A stretch of 64,000 bases of DNA from Eledone cirrhosa (lineage: Eukaryota). Made by a program: the position numbers and the translations under genes. Position 1 is the first letter of the stretch; every line of letters starts with the position of its first letter. The stretch spans positions 19,096,001-19,160,000 of the forward strand of contig OZ024742.1 of NCBI GenBank assembly GCA_964016885.1, given 5' to 3'. Below, one piece after another: positions 1 to 15,000 of this stretch. The notes under the pieces were generated by a model. The model did no database searches and was not told the DNA's origin. It saw nothing but the letters and a program-made list of their open reading frames with translations.

Positions 1-3000
1 TCTATCCTACGTTCTAACGACTCTGCCATTCTATCCTACGTTCTAACGACTCTGCCATTCTATCCTACGTTCTAACGACTCTGCCATTCTATCCTACGTT
101 CTAACGACTCTGCCAATCTATCCTACGTTCTCACAACTCTGCCATTCTATCCTACGTTCTAACGACTCTGCCATTCTATCCTACGTTCTCTCGACTCTGC
201 CATTCTATCCTACGTTCTAACGACTCTGCCATTCTATCCTACGTTCTAACAACTCTGCCATTCTATCCTACGTTCTAACGACTCTGCCATTCTATCCTAC
301 GTTCTCTCGACTCTGCCATTCTATCCTACGTTCTAACGACTCTGCCATTCTATCCTACGTTCTAACAACTCTGCCATTCTATCCAACGTTCTAACGACTC
401 TGCTATTCTATCCTACGTTCTAACGACTCTGCCATTCTATCCTACGTTCTAACAACTCTGCCATTCTATCCTACGTTCTAAGTCTCTGCCATTCTATCCG
501 ACATTCTAACAACTCTGCCATTCTATCCTACGTTCTAATGACTCTGCCATTCTATCCTACGTTCTAACAACTCTGCCATTCTATCCTACGTTCTCACGAC
601 TCTGCCATTCTATCCTACGTTCTCACGACTCTGCCATTCTATCCTACGTTCTAACGACTCTGCCATTCTATCCTACGTTCTAATCACTCTGCCATTCTAT
701 CCTACGTTCTAACGACTCTGCCATTCTATCCTACGTTCTCACGACTCTGCCATTCTATCCTACGTTCTAACAACTCTGCCATTCTATCCTACGTTCTAAC
801 GACTCTTCCATTCTATCCTACGTTCTAATGACTCTGCCATTCTATCCGACATTCTAACGACTCTGCCATTCTATCATACGTTCTAACGACTCTGCCATTC
901 TATCCTACGTTCTAACGACTCTGCCATTCTATCCAACGTTCTAACGACTCTGCTATTCTATCCAACGTTCTAACGACTCTGCTACTCTATTCAACGTTCT
1001 AACGACTCTGCCATTCTATCCAACGTTCTAACGACTCTGCTATTCTATCCAACGTTCTAACGACTCTGCCATTCTATCCAACGTTCTAACGACTCTGCTA
1101 TTCTATCCAACGTTCTAACGACTCTGCCATTCTATCCAACGTTCTAACGACTCTGCCATTCTATCCAACGTTCTAACGACTCTGCCATTCTATCCTACGT
1201 TCTAACAACTCTGCCATTCTATCCTACGTTCTAACGACTCTGCCATTCTATCCTACGTTCTAACGACTCTGCCATTCTATCCTACGTTCTAACAACTCTG
1301 CCATTCTATCCTATGTTCTAACGACTCTGCTATTCTATCCTACGTTCTAATGACTCTGCCATTCTATCCGGCATTCTAACGACTCTGCCATTTTATCCTA
1401 CGTTCTAACGACTCCGCCATTCTATCCTACGTTCTAACGACTCTGCCATTCTATCCTACGTTCTCACGACTCTGCCATTCTATCCAACGTTCTAACGACT
1501 CTGCTATTCTATCCAACGTTCTAACGACTCTGCCATTCTATCCAACGTTCTAACGACTCTGCTATTCTATCCAACGTTCTAACGACTCTGCCATTCTATC
1601 CTACGTTCTAACGACTCTGCCATTCTATCCAACGTTCTAATGACTCTGCCATTCTATCCTACGTTCTAACGACTCTGCCATTCTATCCTACGTTCTAACA
1701 ACTCTGCCATTCTATCCAACGTTCTAACGACTTTGCTATTCTATCCTACGTTCTAATGACTCTGCCATTCTATCCAACGTTCTAACGACTCTGCCATTCT
1801 ATCCTACGTTCTAACGACTCTGCCATTCTATCCTACGTTCTAACGACTCTGCCATTCTATCCAACGTTCTAACGACTCTGCTATTCTATCCAACGTTCTA
1901 ACGACTCTGCCATTCTATCCAACGTTCTAACGACTCTGCCATTCTATCCAACGTTCTAACGACTCTGCTATTCTATCCAACGTTCTAACGACTCTGCTAT
2001 TCTATCCAACGTTCTAACGACTCTGCCATTCTATCCTACGTTCTAACGACTCTGCCATTCTATCCTACGTTCTAACGACTCTGCCATTCTATCCAACGTT
2101 CTAACGACTCTGCCATTCTATCCAACGTTCTAACGACTCTGCTATTCTATCCAACGTTCTAACGACTCTGCTATTCTATCCAACGTTCTAACGACTCTGC
2201 CATTCTATCCAACGTTCTAACGACTCTGCCATTGTATCCAACGTTCTAACGACTCTGCCATTCTATCCTACGTTCTAACGACTCTGCCATTCTATCCTAC
2301 GTTCTAACAACTCTGCCATTCTATCCTACGTTCTAACGACTCTGCCATTCTATCCTACGTTCTAATGACTCTGCCATTCTATCCTACGTTCTCACGACTC
2401 TGCCATTCTATCCTACGTTTTAACAACTCTGCCATTCTATCCTACGTTCTAACGACTCTGCCATTCTATCCTACGTTCTCACGACTCTGCCATTCTATCC
2501 TACGTTCTAATGACTCTGCCATTCTATCCTACGTTCTAACGACTCTGCCATTCTATCCTACGTTCTAATGACTCTGCCATTCTATCCTACGTTCTAACGA
2601 TTCTGCCATTCTATCCTACGTTCTAACGACTCTGCCATTCTATCCTACGTTCTAACGACTCTGCCATTCTATCCTACGTTCTAACGACTCTGCCATTCTA
2701 TCCTACGTTCTAATGACTCTGCCATTCTATCCTACGTTCTAAGAACTCTGCCATTCTATCCTACGTTCTAACGACTCTGCCATTCTATCCTACGTTCTAA
2801 CGACTCTGCCAATCTATCCTACGTTCTCACGACTCTGCCATTCTATCCTACGTTCTAACGACTCTGCCATTTTATCCTACGTTCTAACGACTCTGCGATT
2901 CTATCCTACGTTCTAACGACTCTGCCATTCTATCCTACGTTCTAACGACTCAGCCATTCTATCCTACGTTCTAACGACTCTGCCATTCTATCCAACGTTC

Positions 3001-6000
3001 TAACGACTCTGCTATTCTATCCAACGTTCTAACGACTCTGCCATTCTATCCTACGTTCTAACGACTCTGCCATTCTATCCTATGTTCTAACGACTCTTCC
3101 ATTCTATCCAACGTTCTAACGACTCTGCTATTCTATCCAACGTTCTAACGACTCTGCCATTCTATCCTACGTTCTAACGACTCTGCCATTCTATCCTATG
3201 TTCTAACGACTCTTCCATTCTATCCTACGTTCTAATGACTCTGCCATTCTATCCGACATTCTAACGACTCTGCCATTCTATCCTACGTTCTAACGACTCT
3301 GCCATTCTATCCTACGTTCTAACGACTCTGCCATTCTATCCTACGTTCTAACGACTCTGCCATTCTATCCAACGTTCTAACGACTCTGCCATTCTATCCA
3401 ACGTTCTAACGACTCTGCCATTCTATCCTACGTTCTACCGACTCTGCCATTCTATCCTACGTTCTAACAACTCTGCCATTCTATCCTACGTTCTAACGAC
3501 TCTGCCATTCTATCCTACGTTCTAACGACTCTGCCATTCTATCCTACGTTCTAACGACTCTGCCATTCTATCCTACGTTCTCACGACTCTGCCATTCTAT
3601 CCTACGTTCTAACGACTCTGCCATTCTATCCTACGTTCTAATGACTCTGCCATTCTATCCTACGTTCTAACGACTCTGCCATTCTATCCTACGTTCTATT
3701 GACTCTGCCATTCTATCCTACGTTCTAACGACTCTGCCATTCTATCCTACGTTCTAACGACTCTGCCATTCTATCCTACGTTCTAATAACTCTGCCATTC
3801 TATTCAACGTTCTAACGACTCTGCTATTCTATCCTACGTTCTAACGACTCTGCCATTCTATCCTACGTTCTAACGACTCTGCCATTCTATCCTACGTTCT
3901 AACGACTCTGCCATTCTATCCTACGTTCTAACAACTCTGCCATTCTATCCTACGTTCTAACAACTCTGCCATTCTATCCTACGTTCTAATGACTCTGCCA
4001 TTCTATCATACGTTCTAACGACTCTGCCATTCTATCCTACGTTCTAATGACTCTGCCATTCTATCCTACGTTCTAACGACTCTGCCATTCTTTCCTACGT
4101 TCTAACGACTCTGCCATTCTATCCTACGTTCTAACGACTCTGCCATTCTATCCTACGTTCTAATGACTCTGCCATTCTATCCTACGTTCTAACGACTGTG
4201 CCATTCTATCCTACGTTCTAATGACTCTGCCATTCTATCCTACGTTCTAACGACTCTGCCATTCTATCCTACGTTCTAACGACTCTGCCATTCTATCCTA
4301 CGTTCTAATGACTCTGCCATTCTATCCTACGTTCTAACGACTCTGCCATTCTATCCTACGTTCTAACGACTCTGCCATTCTATCCTACGTTCTAATGACT
4401 CTGCCATTCTATCCTACGTTCTAAGAACTCTGCCATTCTATCCTACGTTCTAACGACTCTGCCATTCTATCCTACGTTCTAACGACTCTGCCATTCTATC
4501 CTACGTTCTAAGAACTCTGCCATTCTATCCTACGTTCTAACGACTCTGCCATTCTATCCTACGTTCTAACGACTCTGCCAATCTATCCTACGTTCTAACG
4601 ACTCTGCCATTCTATCCTACGTTCTAACGACTCTGCCATTCTATCCTACGTTCTAACGACTCTGCCATTCTATCCTACGTTCTAACGACTCTGCCATTCT
4701 ATCCAACGTTCTAACGACTCTGCCATTCTATCCAACGTGCTAACGACTCTGCCATTCTATCCTACGTTCTAACGACTCTGCCATTCTATCCTACGTTCTA
4801 ACGACTCTGCCATTCTATCCTACGTTCTAACGACTCTGCCATTCTATCCTACGTTCTAACGACTCTGCCATTCTATCCAACGTTCTAACGACTCTGCTAT
4901 TCTATCCAACGTTCTAACGACTCTGCCATTCTATCCTACGTTCAAACGACTCTGCCATTCTATCCTATGTTCTAACGACTCTTCCATTCTATCCTACGTC
5001 CTAATGACTCTGCCATTCTATCCGACATTCTAACGACTCTGCCATTCTATCCTACGTTCTAACGACTCTGCCATTCTATCCTACGTTCTAACGACTCTGC
5101 CATTCTATCCTACGTTCTAACGACTCTGCCATTCTATCCAACGTTCTAACGACTCTGCCATTCTATCCAACGTTCTAACGACTCTGCCATTCTATCCTAC
5201 GTTCTACCGACTCTGCCATTCTATCCTACGTTCTAACAACTCTGCCATTCTATCCTACGTTCTAACGACTCTGCCATTCTATCCTACGTTCTCACGACTC
5301 TGGCATTCTATCCTACGTTGTAACGACTCTGCCATTCTATCCTACGTTCTAATGACTCTGCCATTCTATCCTACGTTCTAACGACTCTGCCATTCTATCC
5401 TACGTTCTAATAACTCTGCCATTCTATTCAACGTTCTAACGACTCTGCTATTCTATCCTACGTTCTAACGACTCTGCCATTCTATCCTACGTTCTAATGA
5501 CTCTGCCATTCTATCCTACGTTCTCACGACTCTGCCATTCTATCCTACGTTCTAACGACTCTGCCATTCTATCCTACGTTTTAACAACTCTGCCATTCTA
5601 TCCTACGTTCTCACGACTCTGCCATTCTATCCTACGTTCTAATGACTCTGCCATTCTATCCTACGTTCTAACGACTCTGCCATTCTATCCTACGTTCTAA
5701 TGACTCTGCCATTCTATCCTACGTTCTAACGACTCTGCCATTCTATCCTACGTTCTAATGACTCTGCCATTATATCCTACGTTCTCACGACTCTGCCATT
5801 CTATCCTACGTTCTAACGACTCTGCCATTCTATCCTACGTTTTAACAACTCTGCCATTCTATCCTACGTTCTCACGACTCTGCCATTCTATCCTACGTTC
5901 TAATGACTCTGCCATTCTATCCTACGTTTTAACAACTCTGCCATTCTATCCTACGTTTTAACAACTCTGCCATTCTATCCTACGTTCTCACGACTCTGCC

Positions 6001-9000
6001 ATTCTATCCTACGTTCTAACGACTCTGCCATTCTATCCTACGTTCTAATGACTCTGCCATTCTATCCTACGTTCTAACGACTCTGCCATTCTATCCTACG
6101 TTCTAATGACTCTGCCATTCTATCCTACGTTCTAACGACTCTGCCATTCTATCCTACGTTCTAACGACTCTGCCATTCTATCCTACGTTCTAATGACTCT
6201 GCCATTCTATCCTACGTTCTAAGAACTCTGCCATTCTATCCTACGTTCTAACGACTCTGCCAATCTATCCTACGTTCTCACGACTCTGCCATTCTATCCT
6301 ACGTTCTAACGACTCTGCCATTTTATCCTACGTTCTAACGACTCTGCCATTCTATCATACGTTCTAACGACTCTGCCATTCTATCCTACGTTCTAACGAC
6401 TCTGCCATTCTATCCTACGTTCTAATGACTCTGCCATTCTATCCTACGTTCTAAGAACTCTGCCATTCTATCCTACGTTCTAACGACTCTGCCAATCTAT
6501 CCTACGTTCTCACGACTCTGCCATTCTATCCTACGTTCTAACGACTCTGCCATTTTATCCTACGTTCTAACGACTCTGCCATTCTATCCTACGTTCTAAC
6601 GACTCTGCCATTCTATCCTACGTTCTAACGACTCTGCCATTCTATCCTACGTTCTAACGACTCTGCCATTCTATCCAACGTTCTAACGACTCTACTATTC
6701 TATCCAACGTTCTAACGACTCTGCCATTCTATCCTACGTTCTAACGACTCTGCCATTCTATCCTACGTTCTAACGACTCTTCCATTCTATCCTACGTTCT
6801 AATGACTCTGCCATTCTATCCGACATTCTAACGACTCTGCCATTCTATCCTACGTTCTAACGACTCTGCCATTCTATCCTACGTTCTAACGACTCTGCCA
6901 TTCTATCCTACGTTCTAACGACTCTGCCATTCTATCCTACGTTCTAACGACTCTGCCATTCTATCCTACGTTCTAACGACTCTGCCATTCTATCCAACGT
7001 TCTAACGACTCTACTATTCTATCCAACGTTCTAACGACTCTGCCATTCTATCCTACGTTCTAACGACTCTGCCATTCTATCCAACGTTCTAACGACTCTT
7101 CCATTCTATCCTACGTTCTAATGACTCTGCCATTCTATCCGACATTCTAACGACTCTGCCATTCTATCCTACGTTCTAACGACTCTGCCATTCTATCCTA
7201 CGTTCTAATGACTCTGCCATTCTATCCTACGTTCTAACGACTCTGCCATTCTATCCAACGTTCTAACGACTCTGCCATTCTATCCAACGTTCTAACGACT
7301 CTGCCATTCTATCCTACGTTCTAACGACTCTGCCATTCTATCCTACGTTCTAACAACTCTGCCATTCTATCCTACGTTCTAACAAATCTGCCATTCTATC
7401 CTACGTTCTAATGACTCTGCCATTCTATCCTACGTTCTAACGACTCTGCCATTCTATCCTACGTTCTAATGACTCTGCCATTCTATCCTACGTTCTAACG
7501 ACTCTGCCATTCTATCCTACGTTCTAGCGACTCTGCCATTCTATCCTACGTTCTAACGACTCTGCCATTCTATCCTACGTTCTAATGACTCTGCCATTCT
7601 ATCCTACGTTCTAACGACTCTGCCATTCTATCCTACGTTCTAATGACTCTGCCATTCTATCCTACGTTCTAACGACTCTGCCATTCTATCCTACGTTCTA
7701 ACGACTCTGCCATTCTATCCTACGTTCTAATGACTCTGCCATTCTATCCTACGTTCTAACGACTCTGCCATTCTATCCTACGTTCTAACGACTCTGCCAT
7801 TCTATCCTACGTTCTAATGACTCTGCCATTCTATCCTACGTTCTAAGAACTCTGCCATTCTATCCTACGTTCTAACGACTCTGCCATTCTATCCTACGTT
7901 CTAACGACTCTGCCAATCTATCCTACGTTCTCACGACTCTGCCATTCTATCCTACGTTCTAACGACTCTGCCATTTTATCCTACGTTCTAACGACTCTGC
8001 CATTCTATCCTACGTTCTAACGACTCTGCCATTCTATCCTACGTTCTAACGACTCTGCCATTCTATCCTACGTTCTAACGACTCTGCCATTCTATCCTAC
8101 GTTCTAACGACTCTGCCATTCTATCCAACGTTCTAACGACTCTGCTATTCTATCCAACGTTCTAACGACTCTGCCATTCTATCCTACGTTCTAACGACTC
8201 TGCCATTCTATCCTATGTTCTAACGACTCTTCCATTCTATCCTACGTTCTAATGACTCTGCCATTCTATCCGACATTCTAACGACTCTGCCATTCTATCC
8301 TACGTTCTAACGACTCTGCCATTCTATCCTACGTTCTAACGACTCTGCCATTCTATCCTACGTTCTAACGACTCTGCCATTCTATCCAACGTTCTAACGA
8401 CTCTGCCATTCTATCCAACGTTCTAACGACTCTGCCATTCTATCCTACGTTCTACCGACTCTGCCATTCTATCCTACGTTCTAACAACTCTGCCATTCTA
8501 TCCTACGTTCTAACGACTCTGCCATTCTATCCTACGTTCTCACGACTCTGCCATTCTATCCTACGTTCTAACGACTCTGCCATTCTATCCTACGTTCTAA
8601 TGACTCTGCCATTCTATCCTACGTTCTAACGACTCTGCCATTCTATCCTACGTTCTAATAACTCTGCCATTCTATTCAACGTTCTAACGACTCTGCCATT
8701 CTATCCTACGTTCTAATGACTCTGCCATTCTATCCTACGTTTTAACAACTCTGCCATTCTATCCTACGTTCTAACGACTCTGCCATTCTATCCTACGTTC
8801 TCACGACTCTGCCATTCTATCCTACGTTCTAATGACTCTGCCATTCTATCCTACGTTCTAACGACTCTGCCATTCTATCCTACGTTCTAAAGACTCTGCC
8901 ATTCTATCCTACGTTCTAACGACTCTGCCATTCTATCCTACGTTCTAACGACTCTGCCATTCTATCCTACGTTCTAATGACTCTGCCATTCTATCCTACG

Positions 9001-12000
9001 TTCTAACGACTCTGCCATTCTATCCTACGTTCTAACGACTCTGCCATTCTATCCTACGTTCTAACGACTCTGCCATTCTATCCTACGTTCTAACGACTCT
9101 GCCATTCTATCCTACGTTCTAATGACTCTGCCATTCTATCCTACGTTCTAACGACTCTGCCATTCTATCCTACGTTCTAACGACTCTGCCATTCTATCCT
9201 ACGTTCTAACGACTCTGCCATTCTATCCTACGTTCTAACGACTCTGCCAATCTATCCTACGTTCTAACGACTCTGCCATTCTATCCTACGTTCTAACGAC
9301 TCTGCCATTCTATCCTACGTTCTAACGACTCTGCCATTCTATCCTACGTTCTACCGACTCTGCCATTCTATCCTACGTTCTAACAACTCTGCCATTCTAT
9401 CCTACGTTCTAACGACTCTGCCATTCTATCCTACGTTCTCACGACTCTGCCATTCTATCCTACGTTCTAACGACTCTGCCATTCTATCCTACGTTCTAAC
9501 AACTCTGCCATTCTATCCTACGTTCTAACAACTCTGCCATTCTATCCTACGTTCTAATGACTCTGCCATTCTATCATACGTTCTAACGACTCTGCCATTC
9601 TATCCTACGTTCTAATGACTCTGCCATTCTATCCTACGTTCTAACGACTCTGCCATTCTTTCCTACGTTCTAACGACTCTGCCATTCTATCCTACGTTCT
9701 AACGACTCTGCCATTCTATCCTACGTTCTAATGACTCTGCCATTCTATCCTACGTTCTAACGACTGTGCCATTCTATCCTACGTTCTAATGACTCTGCCA
9801 TTCTATCCTACGTTCTAACGACTCTGCCATTCTATCCTACGTTCTAACGACTCTGCCATTCTATCCTACGTTCTAATGACTCTGCCATTCTATCCTACGT
9901 TCTAACGACTCTGCCATTCTATCCTACGTTCTAACGACTCTGCCATTCTATCCTACGTTCTAATGACTCTGCCATTCTATCCTACGTTCTAAGAACTCTG
10001 CCATTCTATCCTACGTTCTAACGACTCTGCCATTCTATCCTACGTTCTAACGACTCTGCCATTCTATCCTACGTTCTAAGAACTCTGCCATTCTATCCTA
10101 CGTTCTAACGACTCTGCCATTCTATCCTACGTTCTAACGACTCTGCCAATCTATCCTACGTTCTAACGACTCTGCCATTCTATCCTACGTTCTAACGACT
10201 CTGCCATTCTATCCTACGTTCTAACGACTCTGCCATTCTATCCTACGTTCTAACGACTCTGCCATTCTATCCAACGTTCTAACGACTCTGCCATTCTATC
10301 CAACGTGCTAACGACTCTGCCATTCTATCCTACGTTCTAACGACTCTGCCATTCTATCCTACGTTCTAACGACTCTGCCATTCTATCCTACGTTCTAACG
10401 ACTCTGCCATTCTATCCTACGTTCTAACGACTCTGCCATTCTATCCAACGTTCTAACGACTCTGCTATTCTATCCAACGTTCTAACGACTCTGCCATTCT
10501 ATCCTACGTTCAAACGACTCTGCCATTCTATCCTATGTTCTAACGACTCTTCCATTCTATCCTACGTCCTAATGACTCTGCCATTCTATCCGACATTCTA
10601 ACGACTCTGCCATTCTATCCTACGTTCTAACGACTCTGCCATTCTATCCTACGTTCTAACGACTCTGCCATTCTATCCTACGTTCTAACGACTCTGCCAT
10701 TCTATCCAACGTTCTAACGACTCTGCCATTCTATCCAACGTTCTAACGACTCTGCCATTCTATCCTACGTTCTACCGACTCTGCCATTCTATCCTACGTT
10801 CTAACAACTCTGCCATTCTATCCTACGTTCTAACGACTCTGCCATTCTATCCTACGTTCTCACGACTCTGCCATTCTATCCTACGTTGTAACGACTCTGC
10901 CATTCTATCCTACGTTCTAATGACTCTGCCATTCTATCCTACGTTCTAACGACTCTGCCATTCTATCCTACGTTCTAATAACTCTGCCATTCTATTCAAC
11001 GTTCTAACGACTCTGCTATTCTATCCTACGTTCTAACGACTCTGCCATTCTATCCTACGTTCTAATGACTCTGCCATTCTATCCTACGTTCTCACGACTC
11101 TGCCATTCTATCCTACGTTCTAACGACTCTGCCATTCTATCCTACGTTTTAACAACTCTGCCATTCTATCCTACGTTCTCACGACTCTGCCATTCTATCC
11201 TACGTTCTAACGACTCTGCCATTCTATCCTACGTTCTAATGACTCTGCCATTCTATCCTACGTTCTAAGAACTCTGCCATTCTATCCTACGTTCTAACGA
11301 CTCTGCCATTCTATCCTACGTTCTAACGACTCTGCCAATCTATCCTACGTTCTCACGACTCTGCCATTCTATCCTACGTTCTAACGACTCTGCCATTCTA
11401 TCCTACGTTCTAACGACTCTGCCATTCTATCCTACGTTCTAACGACTCTGCCATTCTATCCTACGTTCTAACGACTCTGCCATTCTATCCTACGTTCTAA
11501 CGACTCTGCCATTCTATCCAACGTTCTAACGACTCTGCTATTCTATCCAACGTTCTAACGACTCTGCCATTCTATCCTACGTTCTAACGACTCTGCCATT
11601 CTATCCTATGTTCTAACGACTCTTCCATTCTATCCTACGTTCTAATGACTCTGCCATTCTATCCGACATTCTAACGACTCTGCCATTCTATCCTACGTTC
11701 TAACGACTCTGCCATTCTATCCTACGTTCTAACGACTCTGCCATTCTATCCTACGTTCTAACGACTCTGCCATTCTATCCAACGTTCTAACGACTCTGCC
11801 ATTCTATCCAACGTTCTAACGACTCTGCCATTCTATCCTACGTTCTACCGACTCTGCCATTCTATCCTACGTTCTAACAACTCTGCCATTCTATCCTACG
11901 TTCTAACGACTCTGCCATTCTATCCTACGTTCTCACGACTCTGCCATTCTATCCTACGTTCTAACGACTCTGCCATTCTATCCTACGTTCTAATGACTCT

Positions 12001-15000
12001 GCCATTCTATCCTACGTTCTAACGACTCTGCCATTCTATCCTACGTTCTAATAACTCTGCCATTCTATTCAACGTTCTAACGACTCTGCCATTCTATCCT
12101 ACGTTCTAATGACTCTGCCATTCTATCCTACGTTTTAACAACTCTGCCATTCTATCCTACGTTCTAACGACTCTGCCATTCTATCCTACGTTCTCACGAC
12201 TCTGCCATTCTATCCTACGTTCTAATGACTCTGCCATTCTATCCTACGTTCTAACGACTCTGCCATTCTATCCTACGTTCTAAAGACTCTGCCATTCTAT
12301 CCTACGTTCTAACGACTCTGCCATTCTATCCTACGTTCTAACGACTCTGCCATTCTATCCTACGTTCTAATGACTCTGCCATTCTATCCTACGTTCTAAC
12401 GACTCTGCCATTCTATCCTACGTTCTAACGACTCTGCCATTCTATCCTACGTTCTAACGACTCTGCCATTCTATCCTACGTTCTAACGACTCTGCCATTC
12501 TATCCTACGTTCTAATGACTCTGCCATTCTATCCTACGTTCTAACGACTCTGCCATTCTATCCTACGTTCTAACGACTCTGCCATTCTATCCTACGTTCT
12601 AACGACTCTGCCATTCTATCCTACGTTCTAACGACTCTGCCAATCTATCCTACGTTCTAACGACTCTGCCATTCTATCCTACGTTCTAACGACTCTGCCA
12701 TTCTATCCTACGTTCTAACGACTCTGCCATTCTATCCTACGTTCTACCGACTCTGCCATTCTATCCTACGTTCTAACAACTCTGCCATTCTATCCTACGT
12801 TCTAACGACTCTGCCATTCTATCCTACGTTCTCACGACTCTGCCATTCTATCCTACGTTCTAACGACTCTGCCATTCTATCCTACGTTCTAACAACTCTG
12901 CCATTCTATCCTACGTTCTAACAACTCTGCCATTCTATCCTACGTTCTAATGACTCTGCCATTCTATCATACGTTCTAACGACTCTGCCATTCTATCCTA
13001 CGTTCTAATGACTCTGCCATTCTATCCTACGTTCTAACGACTCTGCCATTCTTTCCTACGTTCTAACGACTCTGCCATTCTATCCTACGTTCTAACGACT
13101 CTGCCATTCTATCCTACGTTCTAATGACTCTGCCATTCTATCCTACGTTCTAACGACTCTGCCATTCTATCCTACGTTCTAATGACTCTGCCATTCTATC
13201 CTACGTTCTAACGACTCTGCCATTCTATCCTACGTTCTAACGACTCTGCCATTCTATCCTACGTTCTAATGACTCTGCCATTCTATCCTACGTTCTAACG
13301 ACTCTGCCATTCTATCCTACGTTCTAACGACTCTGCCATTCTATCCTACGTTCTAATGACTCTGCCATTCTATCCTACGTTCTAAGAACTCTGCCATTCT
13401 ATCCTACGTTCTAACGACTCTGCCATTCTATCCTACGTTCTAACGACTCTGCCATTCTATCCTACGTTCTAAGAACTCTGCCATTCTATCCTACGTTCTA
13501 ACGACTCTGCCATTCTATCCTACGTTCTAACGACTCTGCCAATCTATCCTACGTTCTAACGACTCTGCCATTCTATCCTACGTTCTAACGACTCTGCCAT
13601 TCTATCCTACGTTCTAACGACTCTGCCATTCTATCCTACGTTCTAACGACTCTGCCATTCTATCCAACGTTCTAACGACTCTGCCATTCTATCCAACGTG
13701 CTAACGACTCTGCCATTCTATCCTACGTTCTAACGACTCTGCCATTCTATCCTACGTTCTAACGACTCTGCCATTCTATCCTACGTTCTAACGACTCTGC
13801 CATTCTATCCTACGTTCTAACGACTCTGCCATTCTATCCAACGTTCTAACGACTCTGCTATTCTATCCAACGTTCTAACGACTCTGCCATTCTATCCTAC
13901 GTTCAAACGACTCTGCCATTCTATCCTATGTTCTAACGACTCTTCCATTCTATCCTACGTCCTAATGACTCTGCCATTCTATCCGACATTCTAACGACTC
14001 TGCCATTCTATCCTACGTTCTAACGACTCTGCCATTCTATCCTACGTTCTAACGACTCTGCCATTCTATCCTACGTTCTAACGACTCTGCCATTCTATCC
14101 AACGTTCTAACGACTCTGCCATTCTATCCAACGTTCTAACGACTCTGCCATTCTATCCTACGTTCTACCGACTCTGCCATTCTATCCTACGTTCTAACAA
14201 CTCTGCCATTCTATCCTACGTTCTAACGACTCTGCCATTCTATCCTACGTTCTCACGACTCTGCCATTCTATCCTACGTTGTAACGACTCTGCCATTCTA
14301 TCCTACGTTCTAATGACTCTGCCATTCTATCCTACGTTCTAACGACTCTGCCATTCTATCCTACGTTCTAATAACTCTGCCATTCTATTCAACGTTCTAA
14401 CGACTCTGCTATTCTATCCTACGTTCTAACGACTCTGCCATTCTATCCTACGTTCTAATGACTCTGCCATTCTATCCTACGTTCTCACGACTCTGCCATT
14501 CTATCCTACGTTCTAACGACTCTGCCATTCTATCCTACGTTTTAACAACTCTGCCATTCTATCCTACGTTCTCACGACTCTGCCATTCTATCCTACGTTC
14601 TAATGACTCTGCCATTCTATCCTACGTTCTAACGACTCTGCCATTCTATCCTACGTTCTAATGACTCTGCCATTCTATCCTACGTTCTAACGACTCTGCC
14701 ATTCTATCCTACGTTCTAATGACTCTGCCATTATATCCTACGTTCTCACGACTCTGCCATTCTATCCTACGTTCTAACGACTCTGCCATTCTATCCTACG
14801 TTTTAACAACTCTGCCATTCTATCCTACGTTCTCACGACTCTGCCATTCTATCCTACGTTCTAATGACTCTGCCATTCTATCCTACGTTTTAACAACTCT
14901 GCCATTCTATCCTACGTTTTAACAACTCTGCCATTCTATCCTACGTTCTCACGACTCTGCCATTCTATCCTACGTTCTAACGACTCTGCCATTCTATCCT